Assembly (NCBI GenBank): GCA_964508115.1
Contig: CAZDQY010000001.1
Span: 59,015-123,014, forward strand
Origin: an uncultured Candidatus Saccharibacteria bacterium
GTDB taxonomy: Bacteria; Patescibacteriota; Saccharimonadia; Saccharimonadales; Saccharimonadaceae
Reading direction: 5' to 3'
DNA length: 64,000 nucleotides
Every line of letters begins with the position of its first letter. Position 1 is the first letter of the stretch. Shown in pieces: positions 1-10,069 of this stretch. The position numbers were made by a program, and so were the translations under genes. The notes below the pieces were generated by a model. That model saw nothing but the letters and a program-made list of their open reading frames with translations, was not told where the DNA came from and made no database searches.

Positions 1-2713
1 GAGTATCTCTGACCTCCTCAAGGGCAAGCAGGGGCGTTTCCGCCAGAACTTGCTCGGTAAGCGTGTCGACTACTCTGGCCGCTCGGTCATCGTGGTTGGT
101 CCGACCCTGAAACTCAACGAATGTGGTCTGCCAAAGCAGATGGCGCTCGAACTTTTCAAACCGTTCGTAATCTCTTGGCTCATTGCCAACGAACACGCCG
201 CAAATATTCGCTCAGCCACTCGCATGATCGATGCCAGCGAAGCCGTAGTCTGGGATGGTCTCGACGAAGTGATTAAGGGGAAATACGTCCTCTTGAACCG
301 CGCACCATCACTCCACCGCCTCTCGGTCCAAGCCTTCCAACCAAAGCTCATCGAGGGTAAAGCTATTCAGCTCCACCCGCTCGTCGCTTCTGGCTTTAAC
401 GCTGACTACGATGGCGACCAAATGGCGGTCCACTTGCCACTCTCTGATGCTGCTCAGGCCGAAGCCCGCGAGCTAATGTCCGCCAGCAAGAACCTATTGA
501 AGCCAGCCGACGGCGCACCAGTACTCGCGATTTATCAGGATGTAGTGCTTGGCATATATTATCTCACTTACGACAAACCTGGTACTGAGACCGACAAAGT
601 TAAGCCGTTCAGCTCAGTCTATGAAGCAGAGATGGCTTATGATCAGGGTCTTATCGCCCTTCAGACACCAATTCGTGTCTATGCTAAGGGAGAGATCCGC
701 AATACCACTCTCGGTCGCGTGATCTTCAACGAAGTCTTGCCGAAGGAATATCCGTATGACGATTCCGTCCAGACCAGCAAACAGCTGAAGAAGGTCATGG
801 CTGATATCTTCGATCTGTACGGTGCGGAGACGACTGTGAAGACCGCTGACGCTGTCAAGAACCTTGCCTTCGAGTATGAGACCATCGCATCCGTCTCGAC
901 AGCAAAGGATGACTACCCAACGTATGCTGAGATCGACGATTTCATCGCCGAAGGCGACGCGAAAACCGCCCTTATCCAAGAGCAGTTCGAGCAAGGCCTC
1001 GTCACTGAAGAAGAACGTCATAATCTCACCGTGGCCAACTGGCGCGATATCGATAAGAAGATTTCGGACTTCTTGAAGAATAAGCTCGCCGATATGGATA
1101 CTGACATCGCGGTGATGGTGAACTCCGGTGCTCGTGGTAGCGTCTCTAACATTAAGCTTGCTTCCGCTGAGATCGGTATCATGGTGGATATTAATAACAA
1201 CGAAATCGAGCTTCCAGTCAAGAGTAGCTACAAAAAGGGCCTCAATACGCTGGAATCCTTCATTGCCACTCGTGGTGCTCGCCAGGGTCAGGTCTCTACA
1301 GCTCTCCGTACTGCCGACTCTGGCTACCTCACCCGTCGCTTGGTGGATGTCGCGCAAGATGTCTTCACGACCGACGAAGAGGCGCCAGACCCAGGCTTCG
1401 CCGTTTACCGCAATGAATCTGAATATACTGGTATTGGCTTCGCCGCTCGTATCGCTGGACGTTATACTGCCGAGCCAGTCCCTGGCTATGTCGATGCTGA
1501 CCAGCTCATCACGAAAGAGATGGCTGAAGAAATCGAGAATGACGATAAGATCGAGATGGTCAAGATCCAGTCCGTCCTCACTACGACTGCCGTCAATGGC
1601 GTGCCGCGCAAAGCTTACGGGGTTGATATGTCTACCCGTGCTCTCGTCGAGGCAAACCAGCCAGTCGGTGTGATCGCCGCGCAGTCCCTAGGTGAGCCAG
1701 GTACTCAGCTGACACTCGACACTAAGCACGGCTCAGGTGTGGCCGGCTCCGGTGCTATCGCACGTGGCCTTCCACGTGTCGAGGAGCTTCTCGAAGCCCG
1801 CGTCCCGAAAGGTCAAGCTTATGTCGCTTCGATCGACGGCACTGTCGCCGTGGTCGAAGAGGCGAACAAGTACATTGTCACTATTACTCCAGATAGCGGC
1901 GACACCTTCCGCCTCGAGCTCGAAGGCCGTACGGCTAAGATCAAAGATGGTGCTAGCGTCAAAGCTGGCGACGTCATCGCCGATAAAGGCGACGGTCAAG
2001 AGCCATTAGTTTCGCCGGTCGATGGCAATGCTCAGCTCACCGACGATGCAATTATCGTAGTCGCTGAAGCTGGCGCTGCTGTCAAGACCGAGATCCCGAA
2101 CGACGCCGAGCTGCTCGTCCGCGATGGCGACCGTATCAAGGCAGGCGACCGCATCACGACTGGTTCTTTGAACCTCCAAGACTTGCTCAAATACAAGGGC
2201 GCTGACGAGACTGCTCGCTACATCATGAACGACGTCATCTCCGTCTACGCCGCGCAGGGCCACGAAATCTCTGCCAAGCACTTGGAGATCATTGTCCGTC
2301 AGATGTTTAGCCGCGTCATGGTCGACGATGCTGGCGAGTCTAGCTTCGTCTCGGGCGATATCGTCTCGAAGGCTGCCATCATCGCCGAGAACCAAGAGCT
2401 CGAAGCCAAAGGCAAGCAACCAGCCACCTATCACAGCCTCTTGCTGGGTATCACCAAGGTGTCTATCTGGTCCGACTCCTTCCTCTCGGCCGCGTCCTTC
2501 CAGGATACGACTCGCGTGCTTATTAATGCCGCGATAAACGGTCGTGTCGACCATTTGAACGGTCTCAAGGAGAACGTCATTATCGGCCGCAAGATCCCAG
2601 TCGGTACCGGCGTCACTCCACTCAGTACTACCGATGCGGAAGCTGCTGAAGCTGCCGCTGAGGAAGCTGACATGGAGAGTGCGCCATCAGCCGAGGAAGT
2701 AGCAGAAATCTAG
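1..2713 (+). CDS. rpoC: RNA polymerase beta-prime subunit, 5' truncated by the window edge
   Basis: Frame is open from base 2 ([28 protein letters not shown]). Contains the catalytic loop NADYDGD, bridge helix ([15 protein letters not shown]), trigger loop ([13 protein letters not shown]) and C-terminal [10 protein letters not shown]. Confidence 0.99.
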   Translation, partial: SISDLLKGKQGRFRQNLLGKRVDYSGRSVIVVGPTLKLNECGLPKQMALELFKPFVISWLIANEHAANIRSATRMIDASEAVVWDGLDEVIKGKYVLLNRAPSLHRLSVQAFQPKLIEGKAIQLHPLVASGFNADYDGDQMAVHLPLSDAAQAEARELMSASKNLLKPADGAPVLAIYQDVVLGIYYLTYDKPGTETDKVKPFSSVYEAEMAYDQGLIALQTPIRVYAKGEIRNTTLGRVIFNEVLPKEYPYDDSVQTSKQLKKVMADIFDLYGAETTVKTADAVKNLAFEYETIASVSTAKDDYPTYAEIDDFIAEGDAKTALIQEQFEQGLVTEEERHNLTVANWRDIDKKISDFLKNKLADMDTDIAVMVNSGARGSVSNIKLASAEIGIMVDINNNEIELPVKSSYKKGLNTLESFIATRGARQGQVSTALRTADSGYLTRRLVDVAQDVFTTDEEAPDPGFAVYRNESEYTGIGFAARIAGRYTAEPVPGYVDADQLITKEMAEEIENDDKIEMVKIQSVLTTTAVNGVPRKAYGVDMSTRALVEANQPVGVIAAQSLGEPGTQLTLDTKHGSGVAGSGAIARGLPRVEELLEARVPKGQAYVASIDGTVAVVEEANKYIVTITPDSGDTFRLELEGRTAKIKDGASVKAGDVIADKGDGQEPLVSPVDGNAQLTDDAIIVVAEAGAAVKTEIPNDAELLVRDGDRIKAGDRITTGSLNLQDLLKYKGADETARYIMNDVISVYAAQGHEISAKHLEIIVRQMFSRVMVDDAGESSFVSGDIVSKAAIIAENQELEAKGKQPATYHSLLLGITKVSIWSDSFLSAASFQDTTRVLINAAINGRVDHLNGLKENVIIGRKIPVGTGVTPLSTTDAEAAEAAAEEADMESAPSAEEVAEI

Positions 2714-2737
2714 AGTAGTAGCATTCTGCTCAGTCTC

Positions 2738-2763
2738 AAAAGCCCCCTGTGTAGGGGGCTTTT
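2738..2763 (+). terminator. Intrinsic terminator after rpoC (bidirectional form)
   Basis: AAAAGCCCCC-TGTGTA-GGGGGCTTTT perfect inverted repeat 24 nt after the stop codon. Confidence 0.9.
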
Positions 2764-2958
2764 GGCGGGGCGATAGCACTGTGGTAGCACCGATAGCATC
2801 TTCGGAGCTGGGCTCGACATTTGACGCCGGCGTGCCATATTGAGATGTGCGGGCTAGGTCGGGCGGTTCTAGTGAGTTTTGCAGGGGTTATGTGAGAAGT
2901 TTTCGAGCGCGAAATGGCTACAGCATAAAACGAAATTTTATGCTATAATATACCTATT

Positions 2959-3567
2959 ATGGTCCCCACCAAATCTCAAATCCTCCAAATGCTCTCCGAC
3001 GCCCGCGCTGCTGACGTCTCACATGAGGGCTGGGTCGTGCACTCTATTGGTGTGGGCGATGCCGCCGGCAAGATTGCTGCGTCCGTCAACGCTGCGCAGC
3101 ATCAAACTATGCTCGATCCTGAGCAGCTAATTAAGCTAGGCTATCTTCATGACATTGGCAAGCTGTTCGACTACCCTGAGCACCCGAAGAAGGGCTACGA
3201 GTATCTTAAGTCGCTTGGCTTCGACGACGAATACTGTGAAGTTTGTCTCACTCATTCTTTCGTCAATAACGACCCCTTCTGTAGCTTCGCCGACTTCGTA
3301 GACCCCAAGCGCGACCAATTCCTCATTGATTACATCCAGCACCACGACTTCTCGCTCGCTGACAAGCTCGTTTCTCTCTGCGACACTCTCGTTTGCCTCA
3401 AGCCTTATACTATTGACAAGCGTATGATCGACGTCATTTCGCGTCATGGCGTCTGTGCCCGAACACCCGAGCGCATCCGCGAGACTTATAAGCTCAAGGA
3501 GCATTTCGACGACCTCCTCGGCTACAACCTTTATGATCTTTTCCCAGAGATCAAGGATAACCTCTAG
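2959..3567 (+). CDS. HD-domain phosphohydrolase
   Basis: H...HD motif (HSIGVG...YLHDIGK) with later H and D residues. TGCTATAAT lies 9 nt upstream of the ATG. Confidence 0.8.
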   Translation: MVPTKSQILQMLSDARAADVSHEGWVVHSIGVGDAAGKIAASVNAAQHQTMLDPEQLIKLGYLHDIGKLFDYPEHPKKGYEYLKSLGFDDEYCEVCLTHSFVNNDPFCSFADFVDPKRDQFLIDYIQHHDFSLADKLVSLCDTLVCLKPYTIDKRMIDVISRHGVCARTPERIRETYKLKEHFDDLLGYNLYDLFPEIKDNL

Positions 3568-3678
3568 ACAGCTTCTTTCCAGACCGTAGGATATTTTCTA
3601 GACGCCAAAGCCAGTCTTCGGGCCAAAAACCAGATCTGCCACTCAGAGGACGAAACTTAAAGCACTCCAATAAACTAT

Positions 3679-4362
3679 CTATTCTCCGCTCTCCAGCAAT
3701 TCCTTCACGTGCCGCGCCACCCCAGCATTGCCGTCGATCAGCTCAGCATTCGGGAAGTAGCGCTGTATGTATGGTCTCAAGAAGATATAGTGCGTGCAGC
3801 CTAGCACCACGCCGTCAACCTTGTCGCGCTCTGGCAATGGCAGTAATAGCTCATCCAGCTTCGCCACTAAGCCTGCATTTAGCGGGCAAGCGTCCTCCCC
3901 CACCACCGCCTCTTCGACCAGCTCCGCCAGACCTGCACAGGGAAGCAACGTTAGATGCTGATCGGTGATATTGTCTTCGACCAGACGTTCCACCTGCCGC
4001 GACTTAACCGTCGAGAGTGTCGCCATCAGCAAGATATTGCGGCAGCCGTGGTCGCAGGCGACCTTTAGCGCCGGCTCCGTCCCCACGAAAGTCAAGCGCG
4101 GGAAACGCTCTCTGAGCGCCCGGATACACTGCGTCGTGGCGGTATTACAGGCAATCACAATCATCGTGGCTCCAGCCTGCTCCATCTTCGCCACGATTTC
4201 GCTCGTGATCTCGATTAGCTCGGACTGAGATTTTTCGCCATAGGGACAATGCTCGCGGTCGCCAAAATAAATCGTCTGCACGCCCGGCAGCAACGTCTGG
4301 ATCTCTTTCAAAGTCGTCCGACCGCCTGCACCCGAGTCAAACACGCCAATTATTTTCTGCAT
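3679..4362 (-). CDS. murI: Glutamate racemase
   Basis: Motifs GVFDSGAGG, PYGEK, IACNTAT and LGCTHY with both catalytic Cys. Start moved to MQKII (4362), which is 6 nt after TGCTATAAT. Confidence 0.95.
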   Translation of the reverse strand: MQKIIGVFDSGAGGRTTLKEIQTLLPGVQTIYFGDREHCPYGEKSQSELIEITSEIVAKMEQAGATMIVIACNTATTQCIRALRERFPRLTFVGTEPALKVACDHGCRNILLMATLSTVKSRQVERLVEDNITDQHLTLLPCAGLAELVEEAVVGEDACPLNAGLVAKLDELLLPLPERDKVDGVVLGCTHYIFLRPYIQRYFPNAELIDGNAGVARHVKELLESGE

Positions 4363-4516
4363 AAATCTATTATAGCACAGTACATTAGACCGCAAGAAAG
4401 TGAAGAAGAGCCCAGCGCATAGGATCTCGAATTTCGTCTAGCGTGTGGGTCTGATTTCGTCTAACGTGCAGGCCGAATTTCTCCTAGTTTGCTGGATGTG
4501 TAGTATAATATATATC

Positions 4517-4804
4517 ATGGAAGTTAATCAGGACACTATTTCTCATCTAGCGAAGCTCTCAAATTTCGCCCTGACCGACGAGGAAAGCACCCGCTTGGTC
4601 TCGGATATTAAAGAAATTGTTAATTATATCTCGCAGCTCGACGATTTGGATACCTCTGGCGTCGAGCCTACTTACCAGGTTTTCGAGATGGAAAATGTTT
4701 GGCGTGATGACGAGATTCTCCCGCAAGAAGCCGACCGTGAAGCTCTGCTCAGCCTGACCAAAGAGGTCAAAGATCATCAAATTAAAGTACCAAAAGTATT
4801 GTAG
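4517..4804 (+). CDS. gatC: Asp/Glu-tRNA amidotransferase subunit C
   Basis: HLAKLSNFAL...LDTSGVEPT...WRDDE. Lies directly upstream of gatA. ATG at 4517 is 7 nt after TATAAT. Confidence 0.93.
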   Translation: MEVNQDTISHLAKLSNFALTDEESTRLVSDIKEIVNYISQLDDLDTSGVEPTYQVFEMENVWRDDEILPQEADREALLSLTKEVKDHQIKVPKVL

Positions 4805-4813
4805 GGGAGACAC

Positions 4814-6268
4814 ATGCTAACTGCGAGTAAAGACGTAAGTGCGATGTCGCTGGTCAAGGAAGCCTTGGCGAAAGCGCATCAATATCAAGAAGAATACAAC
4901 ATCTTTAATTTTATCAACGACACCGAGGCGATCAAGAAAGCCGCCGAGATCGACGCTCGCCTTCAGAATGGCGAGGATGTCGGTCGTCTCGCGGGCGTGC
5001 CCTACGCACTGAAGGATAATTTCCTCAGTCCCGAGGGCGGTACTACCGCTTCTGCCCACATCCTAGAGGAGTTCGTCAGCCCGATTACGGCCACCGCTGT
5101 CCGTAAGCTCGAAGCCGAAGGCGCTATTATGATTGGCCGGACGAATCTTGATGCTTTCGCCCATGGCTCTTCTACCGAGAACTCTTACTACGGTCCGACC
5201 AAAAACTCGAAGGACACTACTCGTGTCGCTGGTGGCAGCTCCGGCGGCTCCGCCGTGGCGGTCGCGCTAGGCATCGTACCTTTCGCTACCGGTACTGATA
5301 CCGGCGGTTCCATCCGCCAGCCGGCCAGCTTCAACGGCGTCTATGCGATCAAGCCTACTTACGGTACGATTAGCCGCTATGGTGTCGTGGCGATGGCATC
5401 TAGCACGGATTGTGTCGGCTTTTTCGCTGAAAGCCCAGAGGATCTTGACCTTCTCATGCAAATCACTGCTGGCCAAGATCCGAACGACCTCACGACTCTG
5501 CCTGATTACTATAATAACGGCGAGTCGAAGTTCGATGATCCGATCAAGAAGATCGGTGTGATCAAAGATTTTGATAACGATGCGGTCAGCCCTGAGATTC
5601 GCAAGGCCCTCGCCGACGAGATCGGGCGCTTGAAAAACGCTGGTCATGAGATTGTTTATCTCAACATGCCTGCCCTGAAATACGCCCTCGCTGCTTACTA
5701 CATCATCGTCCCGGCGGAGGTCTCTAGCAATCTTTCTCGCCACGATGGTATCCGCTACGGCTTCCGGAGTAGCGGTTCCAGTACGCTCGACCAGCTCTAT
5801 GAGAATACCCGGAACGAAGGCTTCATGCCCGAGAATAAGCGCCGCATCATGATCGGCAACTTCGTTCTTTCTTCTGGCTTCTACGATGCTTATTATCTGA
5901 AAGCCGCGAAAGCTCGTACTCTGATTATTGACGAATACGCTAAAGCTTTCGAGAAATGCGACTTTATCTTGAGCCCGGTTAGCCCGAACCCAGCTTTCAA
6001 GCTCGGCGAAAAAGTGGACGACCCTGTAGCAATGTATCTCGAAGATATGATGTCCGTATCTCTGAATCTTGCCGGTATACCGGGTGTCGCTGTCCCGGTT
6101 GGTGAGACCGCTGATGGTCTTAGTCTCGGTTTACAGTTAGTTGGCCCGCGTCGCAGCGACCAAGATTTGCTGAAGTTCGCTAAAAATATGCATGAATACG
6201 ACCTCGCTGCCCCCTCTCCTGAAGTAAAAAATGACGACAATACGGACATCAAAGGAGGGAACGACTAA
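4814..6268 (+). CDS. gatA: Asp/Glu-tRNA amidotransferase subunit A
   Basis: Amidase signature (KDN, GGSSGGSA, GTDTGGSIRQPASF) and GFYDAYYLKA. Confidence 0.97.
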   Translation: MLTASKDVSAMSLVKEALAKAHQYQEEYNIFNFINDTEAIKKAAEIDARLQNGEDVGRLAGVPYALKDNFLSPEGGTTASAHILEEFVSPITATAVRKLEAEGAIMIGRTNLDAFAHGSSTENSYYGPTKNSKDTTRVAGGSSGGSAVAVALGIVPFATGTDTGGSIRQPASFNGVYAIKPTYGTISRYGVVAMASSTDCVGFFAESPEDLDLLMQITAGQDPNDLTTLPDYYNNGESKFDDPIKKIGVIKDFDNDAVSPEIRKALADEIGRLKNAGHEIVYLNMPALKYALAAYYIIVPAEVSSNLSRHDGIRYGFRSSGSSTLDQLYENTRNEGFMPENKRRIMIGNFVLSSGFYDAYYLKAAKARTLIIDEYAKAFEKCDFILSPVSPNPAFKLGEKVDDPVAMYLEDMMSVSLNLAGIPGVAVPVGETADGLSLGLQLVGPRRSDQDLLKFAKNMHEYDLAAPSPEVKNDDNTDIKGGND

Positions 6269-6684
6269 TGCCACAAATGGTCTTCTTGGTAATTGCGATC
6301 GTCGCCGTCGCTCTGCTTGTCTTGGTTGCGATGGTACTAAGCGGCAAGCGCCGCCACGCTTTCGACGTCGAAGAGTATCAGACGCGCTGGCTCAAAATCG
6401 AGAACGGTCTCGAGGAGAACGATCCGCGTAGCTACAATCTATCTGTGCTCGAAGCCGATAAGCTCCTCGACAAAGCTCTGAACGAGATGGGTATACCTGG
6501 TCAGAGTATGGGCGACAAGCTTAAAAAGCTGGGCAATAAAATGCCTGACCTCAACAAAGTCTGGTTTGCCCACAAGATTCGCAACCAAATCGTTCACCAA
6601 GATGATTATCAAGTTAGCTATGAAGTAGCCAGGCAAGCCCTGCGCACTTTCCGGCAAGCCTTAAAGAATTTAGGAGCAATATAG
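6268..6684 (+). CDS. Hypothetical membrane-anchored protein (N-terminal TM helix) inside the gat operon
   Basis: 138 aa. TAATG stop/start overlap with gatA, and it ends 2 nt before gatB. Hydrophobic N-terminus followed by a helical soluble domain. Confidence 0.8.
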   Translation: MPQMVFLVIAIVAVALLVLVAMVLSGKRRHAFDVEEYQTRWLKIENGLEENDPRSYNLSVLEADKLLDKALNEMGIPGQSMGDKLKKLGNKMPDLNKVWFAHKIRNQIVHQDDYQVSYEVARQALRTFRQALKNLGAI

Positions 6685-6686
6685 AT

Positions 6687-8114
6687 ATGTCAGAAAAAAC
6701 CAAATATATCCCAACTATCGGCATTGAATGCCATGTCCAGCTCTGCACGAAGACCAAGCTCTTTTCTGAGGTCGACAACGATGCGCGTGGCAAAGAGCCA
6801 AACTCTTGCGTCTCTCCAGTCGATTATGCTCTCCCAGGCATGCTGCCACGGCTAAACAAAGCCGCTATCCGCTACGCCGTCCGTGCCGGTCTCGCCCTGA
6901 ACTCTAGCATCAATCTCGAGAGCCGCTTCGACCGCAAGCACTATTATTACCCAGATTTGCCCAAAGGCTATCAGATTACTCAGCTTTTCCACCCAATCAT
7001 CGGGGCAGGCTACGTCGAGCTCCCAAGTGGCGGCCAGGTCCGCATCGAACACGCTCACCTCGAGGAAGACGCCGGGAAGCTCAGCCACGAAAGCGGCGAC
7101 TCTCTGGTCGACTTGAACCGTGCCGGTACGCCATTGATCGAGATCGTCTCGATGCCGGACATTCACTCCGCCGTCGAGGCTCGTGAGTACACGAAAGAGC
7201 TCTGGCGCCTCATGACTTACGCCGGTGTCACCTTTGGCGATCTCTATAATGGCAATATGCGCTTCGATGTTAATATCAGTATAGCGCCCGAGGATAGCAC
7301 TGAACTCGGCACGCGCGCCGAGGTCAAGAATCTTAATTCATTCCGCAGCGTCGAGCGTGCAGTCGAGTACGAAATCAAGCGCCAAGCTAAGCTTCTTGAT
7401 AAAGGCGAGAAAGTCGTCCAAGAAACGCGCGGCTGGAGTGACGCTACCGGCGAGACTACCTCTCAACGTAGCAAGGAAGAAGCACAAGATTACCGCTACA
7501 TGCCCGAGCCAGATATTCCGCCAATTCGCCTGAGTGAAAATATCGTCGACGAAGAGCGTGCCAAATTGCCTAAGCTTCCAACCTGGTACCGCCAAGAATT
7601 TGGCGAAATCCTCGGCGCCGATAGCGTAGAGACGTTGCTTGATTATCGTCTGCTCATGGAGAAGCTCGCCGAGCTCGAAGACAAAAAAGCCGTCAAGAAA
7701 ATTGCCAATCTTTTCCTTTCAGTTTTGCTTGCTGAAGAGAACGCTAGCTTACTTAATGATGAGCTGCCTACGAGGGATCAACTCCTTGAGCTCGTCGCCA
7801 TGAACGAGAAAAACGAGCTCTCCAGTACTGGCATGAAAGAAGTCTTCCTTAAGTTTTTCGATCCAGAAATGCACTACAAAGACACGCGCACGATTGCGAA
7901 AGAGCTTGGCGTCGTTCAAGAAAACGACCTCGGCGCGCTCGAAGCGATCGTCGACAGTGTCCTAGCGAAGCTCGAGACGCAACAAGCTCAGGCCGACTTC
8001 AAGGCTGGTCAAGAAAAAGTCCTTGGCTTCCTTGTCGGGCAGGTCATGAAGGAGTCTCATGGCAAGGCTAACCCTTCCGCTGTCCAGGATATCCTCCGAA
8101 AGAAGCTTAGCTAG
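6687..8114 (+). CDS. gatB: Asp/Glu-tRNA amidotransferase subunit B
   Basis: IGIECHVQL, FDRKHYYYPDLPKGYQITQ, HLEEDAGK, NRAGTPLIEIVS, and a C-terminal Yqey-like domain (GFLVGQVMKES). Confidence 0.97.
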   Translation: MSEKTKYIPTIGIECHVQLCTKTKLFSEVDNDARGKEPNSCVSPVDYALPGMLPRLNKAAIRYAVRAGLALNSSINLESRFDRKHYYYPDLPKGYQITQLFHPIIGAGYVELPSGGQVRIEHAHLEEDAGKLSHESGDSLVDLNRAGTPLIEIVSMPDIHSAVEAREYTKELWRLMTYAGVTFGDLYNGNMRFDVNISIAPEDSTELGTRAEVKNLNSFRSVERAVEYEIKRQAKLLDKGEKVVQETRGWSDATGETTSQRSKEEAQDYRYMPEPDIPPIRLSENIVDEERAKLPKLPTWYRQEFGEILGADSVETLLDYRLLMEKLAELEDKKAVKKIANLFLSVLLAEENASLLNDELPTRDQLLELVAMNEKNELSSTGMKEVFLKFFDPEMHYKDTRTIAKELGVVQENDLGALEAIVDSVLAKLETQQAQADFKAGQEKVLGFLVGQVMKESHGKANPSAVQDILRKKLS

Positions 8115-8129
8115 TCCAGGTAGACCCTA

Positions 8130-9782
8130 GTGGGCAACGATGTTTCTTCCTTGCGAACTTGGTTTGCTACGCATGTTAGTCTCGATGGCAAGCCTTACAC
8201 CCTAGATGCCGACCAAGCCAAAGCTGTTTTTGACAGTCATAAGAATACGCTCGTCACCGCGCGTGCAGGCTCCGGTAAGACCCGCGTCATCGTCGCAAAG
8301 ATCGCCTATCTTATCGCCAGCGGGCAAGCTGATTTTGAAGAGATAGCTGCCTTTATGTTCAACCGCACCGCTGCTGCCGAGGTCAACGAGCGTATCGGTC
8401 TGGTCGAGATTGATGGTACGCCACTTAAACATTGGCATGGCCGTAAAGCGCCTATCAAGATTGCCTCGACCTTCCATAAGTTTGCTCTCGATATGGTCAA
8501 GCTTTCTGGCGAATATCCCGAAATTATTTCCGAGCAGACTCATGATCAGCTCGTCCGTTTGGCCGTACGTAAAGTCGTAGCCGAGCAGCAGCGTAAACTT
8601 TCCGCGCAGACCTATACGGAGCTCCTCCGCCTAGCCAGTAGTTTTATCGCCCGTGCTGGACAGAAATATCTCGGCGACAAGGGCCTGCTCGCTCTCTGCG
8701 CCGATGTGGATTCTTATACCCAGGCGCATCAAGCCGACTCCACTTACGACCATAATATCTACCTGCACCGTGTTTGCCTTGCCGCATACCAAGAATACCT
8801 TTTGTCGCTGAATTTTCCCCAGATAGATTTTAATATCCTCATGTCTCGCGCTATCCGTCTCTTACGTGAAGCCGCAACGCAGCCTACCAGTACCCTTCAC
8901 GCTCAGACCGCGCGTTTCAAATACATTATGGTAGACGAATATCAAGATTTCTCTTACCTTTTCTTTAGCCTCGTGCAGGCTATTCGTCAGAACTGCCCTT
9001 ACGCTCATCTTTTCGCGGTTGGTGATGATTGGCAGGCCATTAATCGTTTTGCTGGCTCCGACGTTGATTATTTCTTGAACTTCGCTCAGTATTTCCCCGA
9101 AGATGTGGTAAATATCCCGCTCGTCACCAACTACCGCAGCAGTCGCCGGATCGTCGAGAATGCGAACGATTACATGCTTAAGCATTACGACCCAGCCGCC
9201 CAGCGCGCCGTCGCTTTCAGTAAGGATCGGGGCAAGATTAAACGCTTGACCTACACGAAGACGAACTTCGACGCTACAGATTTGCGTGAGGATGCTCTCG
9301 GCGATGCACGTTTCCAGCTTGCAATCAGTAGAGCTTGCGGCGGTCAGCCGGCTGGCTATCAGGCTCCCGCCCAACTCCTGAAAACTGTCTTCAAGATCGT
9401 CAAGAAACATCGTCACGATAATCTACTCCTTCTGCACCGCCATAATTTTACCTCTTTTCCAGGCGTCACCTTGGACGGCTTTCATCAAAGTCTCAGGGAT
9501 ATTGTCCTACATGAACGCTTACTTACACCAGATGCTTTCGATCAGCGCATCCGCATCATGACCATGCATAAGTCTAAGGGTCTCGAGTCTGATGTCGTGA
9601 TCTTGTTGGAGGCCGATCGCTCGCAGGTTTTATCGGCTCATCCGTACGCGACTATTTTTGAACTCTTCGGCGACACTTTGGCTGCAGAAAAAGCCGACCA
9701 AGAGCGTCTGCTTTACGTCGCCCTCACTCGCGCCAAACATCGACTCTATATCTTATCCAGTGATGATAAGAGTCCAGTTTAG
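8130..9782 (+). CDS. Superfamily 1 (UvrD/Rep, helicase IV-like) DNA helicase
   Basis: Motifs ARAGSGKT, VDEYQD, VGDDWQAINRF, NYRS, TMHKSKGLE, LLYVALTRAK. GTG start. Confidence 0.9.
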   Translation: MGNDVSSLRTWFATHVSLDGKPYTLDADQAKAVFDSHKNTLVTARAGSGKTRVIVAKIAYLIASGQADFEEIAAFMFNRTAAAEVNERIGLVEIDGTPLKHWHGRKAPIKIASTFHKFALDMVKLSGEYPEIISEQTHDQLVRLAVRKVVAEQQRKLSAQTYTELLRLASSFIARAGQKYLGDKGLLALCADVDSYTQAHQADSTYDHNIYLHRVCLAAYQEYLLSLNFPQIDFNILMSRAIRLLREAATQPTSTLHAQTARFKYIMVDEYQDFSYLFFSLVQAIRQNCPYAHLFAVGDDWQAINRFAGSDVDYFLNFAQYFPEDVVNIPLVTNYRSSRRIVENANDYMLKHYDPAAQRAVAFSKDRGKIKRLTYTKTNFDATDLREDALGDARFQLAISRACGGQPAGYQAPAQLLKTVFKIVKKHRHDNLLLLHRHNFTSFPGVTLDGFHQSLRDIVLHERLLTPDAFDQRIRIMTMHKSKGLESDVVILLEADRSQVLSAHPYATIFELFGDTLAAEKADQERLLYVALTRAKHRLYILSSDDKSPV

Positions 9783-9867
9783 TAAAAAGTGCGGCCCCAA
9801 AAAGAGCGTCCGCAGAGCACTTTAAGCAATAAAAATACAAAAAATACATAATTTCGTGTTTTTACCA

Positions 9868-9896
9868 TTGACATTTTAGACGATGTGTGCTACAAT
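9868..9896 (+). promoter_or_regulatory. Consensus sigma70 promoter (TTGACA-17-TACAAT, extended TG)
   Basis: TTGACA at 9868-9873, TG at 9888-9889, TACAAT at 9891-9896. Confidence 0.8.
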
Positions 9897-9902
9897 AGAA
9901 GT

Positions 9903-10007
9903 ATGTGTATGATAAATTTCGCACACCAGTATCAGATCGAGCCAGCCACTTACCTTGGCTCTGCTGTGCTATCTCTGGATAAATGTGCGGGAATTATCAT
10001 GTTATAA
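9903..10007 (+). CDS. Putative leaderless 34-aa leader peptide upstream of the MFS gene
   Basis: MCMINFAHQYQIEPATYLGSAVLSLDKCAGIIML*. The ATG sits at the predicted transcription start, and the ORF is embedded in a long hairpin. Confidence 0.4.
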   Translation: MCMINFAHQYQIEPATYLGSAVLSLDKCAGIIML

Positions 10008-10029
10008 CTTATTTATCGTAAAATTCAAT

Positions 10030-10069
10030 TCTAGATAACTCCCGAAGGTAATCTTTCGGGAGTTATCTA
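10030..10069. repeat. 18-bp stem inverted repeat in the MFS leader
   Basis: CTAGATAACTCCCGAAGG-TAAT-CTTTCGGGAGTTATCTAG: 16 perfect pairs, then one G-U and one G-C pair. No U tract follows. Confidence 0.85.

Noticed and set aside
2772-2799. RTAGCA triplet (GATAGCAC, GGTAGCAC, GATAGCAT) resembling integrase arm-type sites
   Set aside because: Spacing is irregular, and there is no integrase, tRNA or att-like duplication in the window.
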